The position numbers and the translations under genes are program-made. The notes beneath the pieces were generated by a model. The model made no database searches, was not told the origin of the DNA, and worked only from the letters and a program-made list of their open reading frames with translations. Below, piece after piece: positions 40,875-49,541 of a DNA stretch of 64,000 bases. The stretch lies in the NCBI GenBank assembly GCA_963842525.1, contig CAWJGT010000003.1, positions 768,001-832,000 on the forward strand, in the 5' to 3' direction. Numbering within the stretch: position 1 is the stretch's first letter; each line of letters opens with the position of its first letter. This stretch comes from an uncultured Holophagales bacterium (GTDB lineage: Bacteria; Acidobacteriota; Thermoanaerobaculia; Multivoradales; UBA5704).

Positions 40875-41397
40875 GTCGGAACTGCCCTAATCAGTACGGT
40901 GGGATTGCGACTTCTCCTTGCTGTGCGGGGGGGCGAATCGCTGCAAACGTAGTCGGAACTGCCCTAATCAGTACGGTGGGATTGCGACGAGGCTTCACTG
41001 GACCAACAACCTGACCAGTTCCAGGGGGAACGTCGGAACTGCCCTAATCAGTACGGTGGGATTGCTCAATTAAAAGGCCCCGGAGGGGCTCAAGGCATGT
41101 AGCCCGGGGTCAGAGCGACGAAGGAGCGGCGACCCCAGGTAAGGGAGAAAAAATATTTCCAAGCCCCGGCAGGGGCGGCAGCAGATTTGGCTGGGCACGA
41201 GCTTGCTGCCGCCCCTCTGGGGCTTGGAAACAAAATGGGCCTTCTGACCCGGGGTCGCCGCTCCTTCGTCGCTTTGACCCCGGGCTACACGCCTGAGCCT
41301 CTCCGAGGCTCTTTTTTTGCAACAACCGAGAGTGCGGTGGGATTGCGACGCCACAAGTCGCTGTACACCTTTCGGCGGCCGGGCTTGACAGCGTCGG
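40875..41397 (+). CRISPR. Orphan CRISPR array (37-bp repeat, type III-like), 3 spacers, interrupted by REP-like insertions
   Basis: GTCGGAACTGCCCTAATCAGTACGGTGGGATTGCGAC at 40875 and 40952; at 41032 truncated at ..GGATTGC; 3' half at 41331-41349; GTCGG start at 41393; spacers 40, 43 and 43 bp. Confidence 0.9.
41076..41310. mobile_element. REPIN/MITE-like palindromic element inserted in CRISPR repeat 3
   Basis: GTAGCCCGGGGTCAGAGCGACGAAGGAGCGGCGACCCC inverted against GGGGTCGCCGCTCCTTCGTCGCTTTGACCCCGGGCTAC; inner TTTCCAAGCCCC..AGGGGCGGCAGCA / TGCTGCCGCCCCT..GGGGCTTGGAAA. Confidence 0.8.
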
Positions 41398-41402
41398 GAG
41401 AC

Positions 41403-41477
41403 AAAAATATTTCCAAGCCCCGACAGGGGCGGCAGCAGATTCGGCAGGGCGTCGGTTTGCTGCCGCCCCTCGGGGAC
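41403..41477. repeat. Partial second copy of the same element (inner hairpin)
   Basis: AAAAATATTTCCAAGCCCCGNCAGGGGCGGCAGCAGATT shared with 41149-41187. Confidence 0.85.
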
Positions 41478-42004
41478 TACGCCGCTTCGGGTGGGCTGGC
41501 GACCCGTTCGTACAGCAGGGTGCCGGAGCGGTCGAGCGCCACGGCGCCGGCTGCTTCCAGCAGGAAGGTCAGGGAGGCGGGGGAGACGAGAAGGCAGAGG
41601 GCTACATGGAGCGCTTCGATCAGCCTCTCGTCAAAGAGCTCGAGCCAGCCGATGGGCTCGCCCCAGTCGCCCCGGCTCTGGACGGCATAGCCTTCCTGGT
41701 CGGGCTCGGTCTTGAGGCGGAAGGCCATGTCGCGCCCGATGCCGGGCAGGACGGCGGCGGCCAGAAGGGCGTAGAACGGCGAGACGAAGACTGCAGAGGC
41801 GCGGTGGCCGGCCGCTGCGCTCTCGCCGGCCCGGAACAGACCGAAATGCGCCCCCACAGGCTCGACGTGCCAGGGACCGGCCACGTCGGCCTCGCCCGCG
41901 GTGGGCGGCTCGTCGCGGTCGCCGAAGAGGTCGAGGAAATGGGGGTGGAAGGCGTTGTGCGGATGCAGGGTGCTACCATCGTCGGTGCCACGCATGGGAT
42001 TCAT
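41477..42004 (-). CDS. Hypothetical protein
   Basis: 175-aa ORF with AAAGGAG ribosome-binding site and its own promoter; no recognised family. Confidence 0.65.
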   Translation of the reverse strand: MNPMRGTDDGSTLHPHNAFHPHFLDLFGDRDEPPTAGEADVAGPWHVEPVGAHFGLFRAGESAAAGHRASAVFVSPFYALLAAAVLPGIGRDMAFRLKTEPDQEGYAVQSRGDWGEPIGWLELFDERLIEALHVALCLLVSPASLTFLLEAAGAVALDRSGTLLYERVASPPEAA

Positions 42005-42160
42005 TCTCCTTTGCGTTGGTAGGCCTGGGGTAAGGGCCCTGAACCCTTGCTCCGGGCCGCTTGGTTTCGAGAAACGACGGTTTCGACAAGCTGCGGGTGA
42101 GTCGGCGGGGCTTCTGGGTCGCGACCTCCTTTCGAGACACGGGACGACTGAGCTACCGCC

Positions 42161-42190
42161 ACACTACCGCCCCGTGGTTGCGGCTGTCAA
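42161..42190 (-). promoter_or_regulatory. Putative sigma70 promoter giving a leader of about 150 nt
   Basis: Minus strand TTGACA-18 bp-TAGTGT. Confidence 0.5.
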
Positions 42191-42278
42191 GCCCCTTTTT
42201 CTCCCTGGGGAGCGCAAACCGGATACCGGGGCATGCGGAGCACACCCCGGTATCCCTCCCTCTCACTCCCGCACGGCC

Positions 42279-42680
42279 TCAGCTCTCGGGGTCGGTGTCC
42301 GGAGTGCTCGCCTCGGCGGGCGCGCTGGCCGGCGTCTTGGCCGCCGCCACCGGCTTGCGCGCCCGTTTACGGCGCGGGATCATCCCGAACTGGACCAGCC
42401 GCTCGTTGCGGTAGCCGATCTTCCCCTTCGCCACGGCGCGGATCGCGATGGCCTGGGCCTTGCCGTGGCCCACCAGCTCCCGGATCTGCTGCGTCAGCTC
42501 CTGCCGGCCGGCATTCTGCGCCTCCTGCCGCGCCTTGAGGATCCGCGCATCCGCCAGGTCCCTCTCCAGAGACAGCCGTTCTGGTTCCACGGCGCCGAGA
42601 AGCTCCGCATGCTCCTTGGCGGCGGCGAGCAATCCCTCCCAGTCCTGGACGATGTCGGCGAACCCATTGATGCTGGACAT
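42279..42680 (-). CDS. Small helical/coiled-coil hypothetical protein with a basic tail
   Basis: AAAGGAGG ribosome-binding site; MSSINGFADIVQDWEGLL..RNERLVQFGMIPRRKRARK. Confidence 0.75.
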   Translation of the reverse strand: MSSINGFADIVQDWEGLLAAAKEHAELLGAVEPERLSLERDLADARILKARQEAQNAGRQELTQQIRELVGHGKAQAIAIRAVAKGKIGYRNERLVQFGMIPRRKRARKPVAAAKTPASAPAEASTPDTDPES

Positions 42681-42776
42681 GACGTCTTCCTCCTTTGAAA
42701 AAATCCGCCGCCTCGATTGGCTTCGGATCATTCGGGGCCAAAAAAATAGCTCTGGCCATAATCGGTCAACTAGGTC

Positions 42777-42805
42777 AAGATAAGACAGCTCGCGCACCGT
42801 GTCAA
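42777..42805 (-). promoter_or_regulatory. sigma70 promoter of 42279-42680
   Basis: Minus strand TTGACA-17 bp-TATCTT. Confidence 0.7.
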
Positions 42806-42848
42806 GAGGTCCGAGCGACATTTTCACAGGCTTGAGGGCGGCCCGGTC

Positions 42849-43058
42849 GGCCTCAGGGTCCCGAAGGTGGCCCTCAGACGCGAGCACATGGCCTTCAGGG
42901 GCCAATACCATGCTCCTGGAGGCGAAGCCGACGCCCTCAGAGGCAAGCAAATGGCCCTCAAGGGCAGACCCCTCGCCCTCAGGGGCGAACGCCTCGCCCC
43001 TGAAGGCGAGCGCGTTGACCCCAGGGGCGGGCAGGTGGACCTCAGGGGCGGTTTGGAG
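42849..43058. repeat. 21-bp-period array, 10 units (12-bp conserved core + 9-bp variable part)
   Basis: Core GCCCTCAGGGGC and variants start at 42849, 42870, 42891, 42912, 42933, 42954, 42975, 42996, 43017, 43038. Confidence 0.85.
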
Positions 43059-43118
43059 ATGTCTGGGGGCGGCCGCCTGGACCCAACACAGTGCGGACAA
43101 GACCGGAGCCGGCGAGAA

Positions 43119-43168
43119 AGCCCGGCGATGAATCGCCGGGCTGGCAACAGCGCCCCATGAATGGGGCT
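43119..43168. repeat. REP-like double hairpin
   Basis: AGCCCGGCGATGAATCGCCGGGCT and GCCCCATGAATGGGGC. Confidence 0.75.
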
Positions 43169-43314
43169 TGAAGCCGGGGAGTTGAGGCGCTTTTCCCTTC
43201 GAGTGAGATAATGGGGCTCCCGGCAACAGCTCCCCGATGACTTTTTTGGCGAGAAATTTCGCCGTATCCCGCGGCGAAACACGACATTCGAAGCGATCGG
43301 AAAGGAGGACAAAA

Positions 43315-43786
43315 ATGAACGTTAATCAATTGAAGCGTAACCAGGGTTGGAGGATCGACGCCATCAGTCCGACCGACGTCCACCCGGACGACATAGGGAG
43401 GCTGCATACAGAGATTACACTCATCTTCGAGAAGTCCCGCCGGTTCCAGTTATGGGACTATAAGGGTCAGCAGCCAATGGCATGGGGCCTCCTGGCAGCT
43501 CGTCGGGTGGCAACAAGAGCAAGCCGTGGTCGAAGGGACGCTCCGCAACAGCCAGACTTTCGTGATCACGTTGCCGGAGGCCTCGGACACAACTGAGCTG
43601 CAAGGTCTTCCAAGCCTCAGAGCTGGCCCCCACTCCCGGCCCCGCTTTCACCAGGCCCGAGAAGGGCTCGCGGAAGAGGAGGCCGCGAAGGGGCGAGGCC
43701 GACTTGCTCCCCCGGAGGCAGGTTCCTGGACTGCGCTCGAAGGAGGCGGAACACCGATCCGGCCTCCGCGGGGCGGGTCGGAGTAG
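43315..43786 (+). CDS. Small protein with C-terminal AGSWTALEGG motif (paralog of 47285-47701); 1-3 indels
   Basis: AAGGAGG ribosome-binding site; KRNQGWRI..TLIFEK, then VVEGTLRNSQTFVI, QLSCKV..FTRPEKGSRKRRPRRG and PEAGSWTALEGG in shifted frames. Confidence 0.65.
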
Positions 43787-43876
43787 CGCTGCCAATCGCT
43801 TCTCCCGCGCCATAAAGGAAATACTTTATAGTAGGGCCTCCGGCGGCAGATTTTCAGGTCCGGAACGGAGGTTTCG

Positions 43877-46800
43877 ATGAGGCGCGGCTTCCTGGCCCTA
43901 CTCCTGGTCGTTGGGCTGTTCTCCGGTGCGTCCGCCGTTCCGGGCGGTGCCGGGGAGGACGCTGAGGCCCTCCTCCCCGGCGACATCCGCGAGCGCTCGA
44001 TCGCGGCGGGGAAGGCCGATGCCTACCGAGTCGAAGTCGAGGATGCCCCCATCCTCATCGTTGTCGAGCAGCGCGGCATCGATCTCGTGGTGGAGGTCCT
44101 GGGGCCGGGCGAGCAGGGCTCGCGCGCGGTCGATGCCAGCAGCCGTTGGGGACGCGAGGTCGTTCTGCTGCCGGCCGATGCCGTGGGCCGGCACCGGATC
44201 GAGGTGCGCCCGCTGACGCAGGGTGTACCGCCAGGGCGGTACGTGATGTCCGTCGAGCTGCCGGAGGCCGAGGCGGATGGCGCGCGGCGTCTCGCGGCCG
44301 CATCGGCGATGAGCCGCGCCGGCCAGCTTGCTACGACAGGGAAATCCGAGGCGCTACGCCAGGCCACGGAGGTCTATCGGGAGGCCGTGGAGGGATGGCG
44401 GGCCCTGGGCGAGCGTGTCTGGGAGGCCGAGGCGCTGCATGCCATGGCCTTGACGGAACGGCAGCATGGCGAGCTGCGGGACGCCGCCGACGATTTTGCC
44501 CGCGCCCTGGCACTCTGGCGGGAGCTCGGCGAGAGACGGCGCGAAGCGTCTGCGCTGAACGGCCTCGGGAGGACCCATCTGGGCATCGGGGAGCTCGACG
44601 CCGCGCGTCGAGCCTTCGAGGGCGCGCACGCCCTCTATCACGATCTCGGAGAGCGCTTCGATGAAGGAGAAGCCCGCATCAACCTCTGCCTCGTCGAGCA
44701 GACCGTCGGCGCCGTGCCGGAGGCGCTCGGCTGCTATGAAGAGGTGCGATCGTTGTTCCACGAGCTCGGTGACCAGAGCCAGGAGGCGAGGATCCTCAAC
44801 AGCCTCGGCGGCATCTACAACGACCTGGGACAGCCCGACGCTGCGCTGGACCACTACGGTAAGGCCCTCACCCGGTGGCAGGAGGCCGGCGATCGCCTCG
44901 AAGAGGCCAGGACTCTCAACAACATCGCCGTGGTCTACCGCGCCCTGGGCGAGTGGCAGGAGGCGCTGCGCCTCTACGGACAGGCGCGGGACGTCCTGGC
45001 GCCGCTCGGCGACCGCATCCAGGAGGCGGCTCTGCTCAACAACATCGGCTACACCTACAACAGCCTGGGGGAGCCGCAACGGGCCCTGGTCCTGCTGCAG
45101 GAGGTCCTGCAGCTACGTAAAGAGACGCAGGACCGCCGGGGCGAGCTGATCTGCCTGAACAACATCGGCCTCACCCAGCGCAGCCTCGGCGACCTGGACA
45201 GTGCGCTCGCATACCACCGGCAGGCCCTTGCGCTGGCCACGGAGCTCGACGATCCGCGGCAGGAGGCGGTCACCCGTCTGCTCCTGGCAGAGGTCCTGCT
45301 GGATCGGGCCGATTCAGCCGCCGCGTTGCGCGAGCTCGACAGCGCCCAAACGCTTCTGGCAGAGACGGAGAGCCGCCGTGGCGCGGCCATGGCCCTCCAC
45401 CTGCGCGGCCGTGTGCTCGCCCTCGCGGGCAAGCCGGAGGAAGCCCTGCCAATCCTGCAGGACACCCTGGCCCGGCGGCGGGCCTTGCGCGACCGCGCCG
45501 GGGAGGTCGAGACCCTGCACGCGCTGGCCGCCGTGGAGCGGACTCTCGGCCGCCGGGACGAGGCGCGCTCCCATGCCGAGGAGGCGATAGCCCGGGTTGA
45601 GGAGATGCGGACCGGCTTCGTCAGCCCGGGCCTGCGGGCGGCATTCCTGGCGACGCAACGCCGCGCCTATGCGCTGCTGATCGACCTGCTCATGGACCGG
45701 CATACCGCTGATCCGAAGAAGGGCTACGGCCGGGAAGCCTTTGCCGTGAGCGAGCAGGCCCGCGCGCGCAGCCTGCTCGACGCCCTGTGGTCCGGGAATG
45801 CCTTCCACGCCGGAGGAGCGGTCCCCGCCGAGTTGCTCGAGCAGCGGCGGTCTCTGCGCTATCGCCTGGGAGTCAAGACAGAGCAGCAACTGCGGCAGAT
45901 CAATCCGGGAAGCGAAAAGGCCGAGGCATTGGAGCGGGAGATCGAGGCGCTGCTCACCAGGCTCGACAGCGTGGAGGCCGAAATCCACCGTCTCGCGCCG
46001 CGTGAGGCCGCCCTGGCCCAGCCGCCCACCCTCGGCGTCCAGGAGATTGCAGGGCTGCTCGATCCAGGTACCCTCCTGCTGGAGTACTCGCTCGGCAAGG
46101 AGCGGAGCTACCTCTGGGCGGTCGGAGCCGACCGCTCCTTTCACAGCTTCGTCCTCCCTGCCCAGCGCGAGATCGAGGACCTGGGACGCCGCGTCTACGA
46201 GGACCTGCGCACGGTCGAAGCCGGAGCGGCCGGCGGATCGGACGCGGCGGAGTCCCTGGCACGCATCCTCCTGGAGCCTGTCTGGAGCGAGGCGGCGCGC
46301 AGCCAGCGCCTGGTCGTGGTGCCCGATGCGGCGCTCCATGTCCTGCCGTTCAGCGCTCTGCCGGTCCCCAGGCCCGGCCAGGGTTGGAAAGCCAGCGGCT
46401 CTCGCGAGCCCCTCCTGGACCAGCAGGAGGTGGTCTATCTCCCCTCTGCGGCGACACTGGCGGTGGAGCGGCAGCGGCTGGCGCAACGTCCTGTAGCGCC
46501 GAAAGGAGTGGCGGTGCTTGCCGATCCGATCTTCGCCGCGGACGATCCGCGCTTGGCCGGCACCTCTGTGGCCAGCCGGCAGGCATCTGTCCACAGAGAT
46601 GGGCAACAAGTCTTCGAGCGCCTGCCGTCCAGCCGCGAGGAGGCGAAGGCGATCGCGGGCCTGGCCCCTGCCGGCGGGGTATGGACCGCCCTCGACCTCA
46701 AGGCCAATCGGGACGCGGTGTTGTCCGGCGAGCTGCGCGCCTACCGCGTCGTCCACTTCGCTACCCATGCCATCGCCGATACCCGCAATCCGGAGCGGTC

Positions 46801-47194
46801 CGGCCTCGTGCTCTCGCTCGTCGACGCGGCCGGCCGCCCCCGGGAAGGGTTTCTCGGTCTGCCCGACATCTACGAGCTCGATCTCGGAGCCGACCTGGTG
46901 GTCCTGTCCGGCTGCCAGACCGCGCTCGGCAAGGAAGTCCGCGGCGAGGGGCTCATGGGGCTCACGCGCGGCTTCCTGTACGCCGGCGTGCCGCGGGTCG
47001 TGGCGAGCCTGTGGCGGGTGCAGGATCGGACCACGGCGGACCTGATGTCCCGCTTCTACGAGCGCTTGTGGCGCGGCGGCCTCAGCCCCGCGGCAGCCCT
47101 GCGTGAAGCCCAGCGCTCACTGCGCCGCAGCAATCCGCGCTATCGCGATCCCTACGCCTGGGCCGGCTTCGTCCTCCAGGGCGACTGGCGCTGA
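43877..47194 (+). CDS. Signal-peptide TPR-CHAT (caspase-like) protease
   Basis: Signal peptide, PPC-like beta domain, many EARxLNNI TPRs, VVPDAALH, HFATH and LSGC catalytic dyad, VVASLW, PYAWAGF. Confidence 0.93.
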   Translation: MRRGFLALLLVVGLFSGASAVPGGAGEDAEALLPGDIRERSIAAGKADAYRVEVEDAPILIVVEQRGIDLVVEVLGPGEQGSRAVDASSRWGREVVLLPADAVGRHRIEVRPLTQGVPPGRYVMSVELPEAEADGARRLAAASAMSRAGQLATTGKSEALRQATEVYREAVEGWRALGERVWEAEALHAMALTERQHGELRDAADDFARALALWRELGERRREASALNGLGRTHLGIGELDAARRAFEGAHALYHDLGERFDEGEARINLCLVEQTVGAVPEALGCYEEVRSLFHELGDQSQEARILNSLGGIYNDLGQPDAALDHYGKALTRWQEAGDRLEEARTLNNIAVVYRALGEWQEALRLYGQARDVLAPLGDRIQEAALLNNIGYTYNSLGEPQRALVLLQEVLQLRKETQDRRGELICLNNIGLTQRSLGDLDSALAYHRQALALATELDDPRQEAVTRLLLAEVLLDRADSAAALRELDSAQTLLAETESRRGAAMALHLRGRVLALAGKPEEALPILQDTLARRRALRDRAGEVETLHALAAVERTLGRRDEARSHAEEAIARVEEMRTGFVSPGLRAAFLATQRRAYALLIDLLMDRHTADPKKGYGREAFAVSEQARARSLLDALWSGNAFHAGGAVPAELLEQRRSLRYRLGVKTEQQLRQINPGSEKAEALEREIEALLTRLDSVEAEIHRLAPREAALAQPPTLGVQEIAGLLDPGTLLLEYSLGKERSYLWAVGADRSFHSFVLPAQREIEDLGRRVYEDLRTVEAGAAGGSDAAESLARILLEPVWSEAARSQRLVVVPDAALHVLPFSALPVPRPGQGWKASGSREPLLDQQEVVYLPSAATLAVERQRLAQRPVAPKGVAVLADPIFAADDPRLAGTSVASRQASVHRDGQQVFERLPSSREEAKAIAGLAPAGGVWTALDLKANRDAVLSGELRAYRVVHFATHAIADTRNPERSGLVLSLVDAAGRPREGFLGLPDIYELDLGADLVVLSGCQTALGKEVRGEGLMGLTRGFLYAGVPRVVASLWRVQDRTTADLMSRFYERLWRGGLSPAAALREAQRSLRRSNPRYRDPYAWAGFVLQGDWR

Positions 47195-47284
47195 AGCCCC
47201 GCCAGCTCCGGTGAGATATCTGTCGGCCTCCCGACAGTAGAAAGGAGAACGTCATCCGGACGCAGACCGGAGGAGGGGGACGAT

Positions 47285-47701
47285 ATGGCACTGACAGACT
47301 GGACAAGGACCAAGGGCTGGGACATCAGCTCAAGCCCCGCTCCCAGCGGGGATCCGGGAACAGGGGTATCCAGCGGCACGCACCTTAAATTCGAAGACGC
47401 GGGCGGCGGTACGCAACTGAGGGTCCAGGTCTCCGGCACCGAATGGTCTGGTGTGATTGGGAACTACGACGGAATAGATACCCTTACGGGGGACCTTGGC
47501 AAGCGGACGTTCACGATCGTCCACAATTCCGCCACCAAGAAGTTGGCTTGTACGATCGATCCTGGCTTTTCCCCCCGCTCGCCTCTACTCGGCTTCGGCT
47601 TCAACCGGCTCAAGAAGCGCTCGAAGAAGAGAAAGGATCCGCGCGGAGGTCACGAGGGGCCTAGCGATGCCGGCTCCTGGACGGCGATCGAGGGCGGATG
47701 A
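47285..47701 (+). CDS. Small protein with C-terminal AGSWTAIEGG motif
   Basis: GGAGG-rich ribosome-binding site; intact 138-aa ORF; shares motifs with 43315-43786. Confidence 0.75.
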   Translation: MALTDWTRTKGWDISSSPAPSGDPGTGVSSGTHLKFEDAGGGTQLRVQVSGTEWSGVIGNYDGIDTLTGDLGKRTFTIVHNSATKKLACTIDPGFSPRSPLLGFGFNRLKKRSKKRKDPRGGHEGPSDAGSWTAIEGG

Positions 47702-47812
47702 GCGGCTCGGGGGATCGCTCCTGGCTCTCGCGGTATGATGCTCGGCGTTCTCGGTACACTTCCGGCACGGCCCTTCCGGCCGGTCTGCCAACGCCGAGGC
47801 GCGGCGGGCGCC

Positions 47813-48429
47813 ATGAGCATGGATACGGGACCACAGCCGGACGAGGCGGAGGTCGCGACCGACCTGGTCCGGCGGATTGCGGCCGGCGACACGGTCGCCG
47901 AGGGGCAGCTCGTCGAGCGCTACAGCCGAGGCATCCTCTACCTGCTGCGCCGCCTGGGTGCGCCTCCGGAAGCTCGCCGACGACCTTCACCAGGAAACCT
48001 TTCGCGTCGTGCTGGAGCGGCTGCGACGGAAGGGCCTCGACGAGCCGGCCGGGCTGGCTGGCTTCCTCCGCGGTACGGCGCGCAACCTGATGGTCGCCGA
48101 CCGGCGCAAGGCCGCCCGCCGCAAGACCGAAGCGGACCCCGACGGGCTGGAGCAGGCCGTTCACCCGGGGCCGGGCCAGCTCTCCTCGGTCCTCCACGAC
48201 GAGGAGGCCGAGATCGTGCGGCGGCTCATCGGAGAAGCTCCCGACGGACCGCGACCGGCAGGTGCTGCTGCGCTTCTACGTCGCCGAAGAGGAAAAGGAA
48301 AGCATATGCGCCGATCTGGGTCTGGACAGCCTGCACTTCAACCGTGTCCTCTTCCGGGCCCGCCAGCGCTTCAAAGACCTTCTGGAGCGCTTCCAGGCGC
48401 GCCAAGGGATGGAACCTCGAATGTCTTGA
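47813..48429 (+). CDS. ECF sigma-70 factor (indels near 47965 and 48237)
   Basis: DLVRRIAAGD..LVERYS; ADDLHQETFRVV..GFLRGTARN; RDRQVLLRFY..ICADLG..NRVLFRARQRFK. Confidence 0.85.
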
Positions 48430-48453
48430 AATCTGCAGGAGCAAGGCTACGCC

Positions 48454-49326
48454 ATGAACCACACCTATATCGAAGAAAATCAGGTCGTCGACCGCTACGT
48501 GATGGGCACGCTCCCCGCGGAGGAGGCCGACGACTTTGAAGATCACTATCTCTCTTGCCAGGAATGCCTCGACCGGCTCGATCTCGCCGAGTCGGAGGAA
48601 CGGGGCTTCAAGCGCATGGCGCGACAGGAGGTGGAGAAGGTCTCCGCTGTGCGGCAGCTCGCCCTCGTGGCCTGGCTCGCCCGCCTGAGCCGGTCCCGCC
48701 AGATGGCGGCCCTCCTGATGGTGCTGTTCGTCGTCGCCGTCCTGCCGGGGACTCTCGCGCTGCGCGAGATCCGGGAACGCGACCTGGACCTGGAGCAGAC
48801 GCGCTCGGCCCTGGCGCAGGAGCAGGAGCGGTCAGCCGCAGGCTCCCGGACCGCCGCGGACGCTGAGAAGCTGCGCCAGGATCTCGTTGCGAGGGACCGC
48901 GAGCTCGACAGCGAGCGGCAGGCCCGCGCCCAGGCGGAGGAAGAGCGCGACGCGGCCAGCCAGCCCCAGGGCAACGTCCCCATCCTGTTCCTCGATGCGG
49001 AGCGCAGCGCAGGGCCTTCCGCGGGCGAGCCCACCCAGCAGGTGCCCCTGCCGCAGTCCCCAGGCGGGATCGTCTTCGACCTGGCGATCGACGCGGAGCG
49101 ACATCCGTCCTACCGAGCCATCCTGCGCGACCCCCAGGGACGGGAGGTCTGGCGGGGCGGCGGCCTCCAACTGATGGGCGACACTGGAAGCCCGAGTCTG
49201 AGCCTCAGCCTCCCGTCAAGGCTGTTCGCGCCCGGCGCCTACACCCTCGTCGTCGAAGGGCTTACCCCCGGCCGCAAGCCGGCCGCCGCAGGCCGCTTCA
49301 CCTTCCTCGTCCTGCCCGCCCGCTGA
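48454..49326 (+). CDS. zf-HC2 anti-sigma factor (Zn finger, TM helix, coiled coil, extracytoplasmic beta domain)
   Basis: RYVMGTL..FEDHYLSCQEC (HxxxCxxC), TM LLMVLFVVAVLP, coiled coil, C-terminal PGAYTLVVEG. Confidence 0.82.
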   Translation: MNHTYIEENQVVDRYVMGTLPAEEADDFEDHYLSCQECLDRLDLAESEERGFKRMARQEVEKVSAVRQLALVAWLARLSRSRQMAALLMVLFVVAVLPGTLALREIRERDLDLEQTRSALAQEQERSAAGSRTAADAEKLRQDLVARDRELDSERQARAQAEEERDAASQPQGNVPILFLDAERSAGPSAGEPTQQVPLPQSPGGIVFDLAIDAERHPSYRAILRDPQGREVWRGGGLQLMGDTGSPSLSLSLPSRLFAPGAYTLVVEGLTPGRKPAAAGRFTFLVLPAR

Positions 49327-49541
49327 AGCCCCGGCCCCGCCGGCAGTTCCACGAAATCCTTTCGAATCCCCTGAGCCGCGAACGATCTCATTCCGTGTGA
49401 GATAGCGAAGCCTCTGGCAACAGCTATCCATCGAGATCCAGACCGGCGCACCCCCACTCCTCGTCTGCCGGGAGCAATACGAGAAGCTTTTACACGGCTG
49501 AGGTGGCGGAGAAGCGCGATGCCTTGCCATATAGTTGAGAG

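Noticed and set aside
42849-43058. TIGR-Tas array
   Set aside because: The 9-bp variable segments are suggestive, but the period is 21 with a single repeat type, there is no clear box C motif, and no Nop-domain protein is adjacent.
40875-49326. Craspase-like (type III-E) system: CRISPR array + TPR-CHAT + sigma factor
   Set aside because: No Cas7-11, Cas10 or Csx30/31-like gene is present. The CHAT protein has a signal peptide, and unrelated genes separate it from the array. Proximity alone is not enough.
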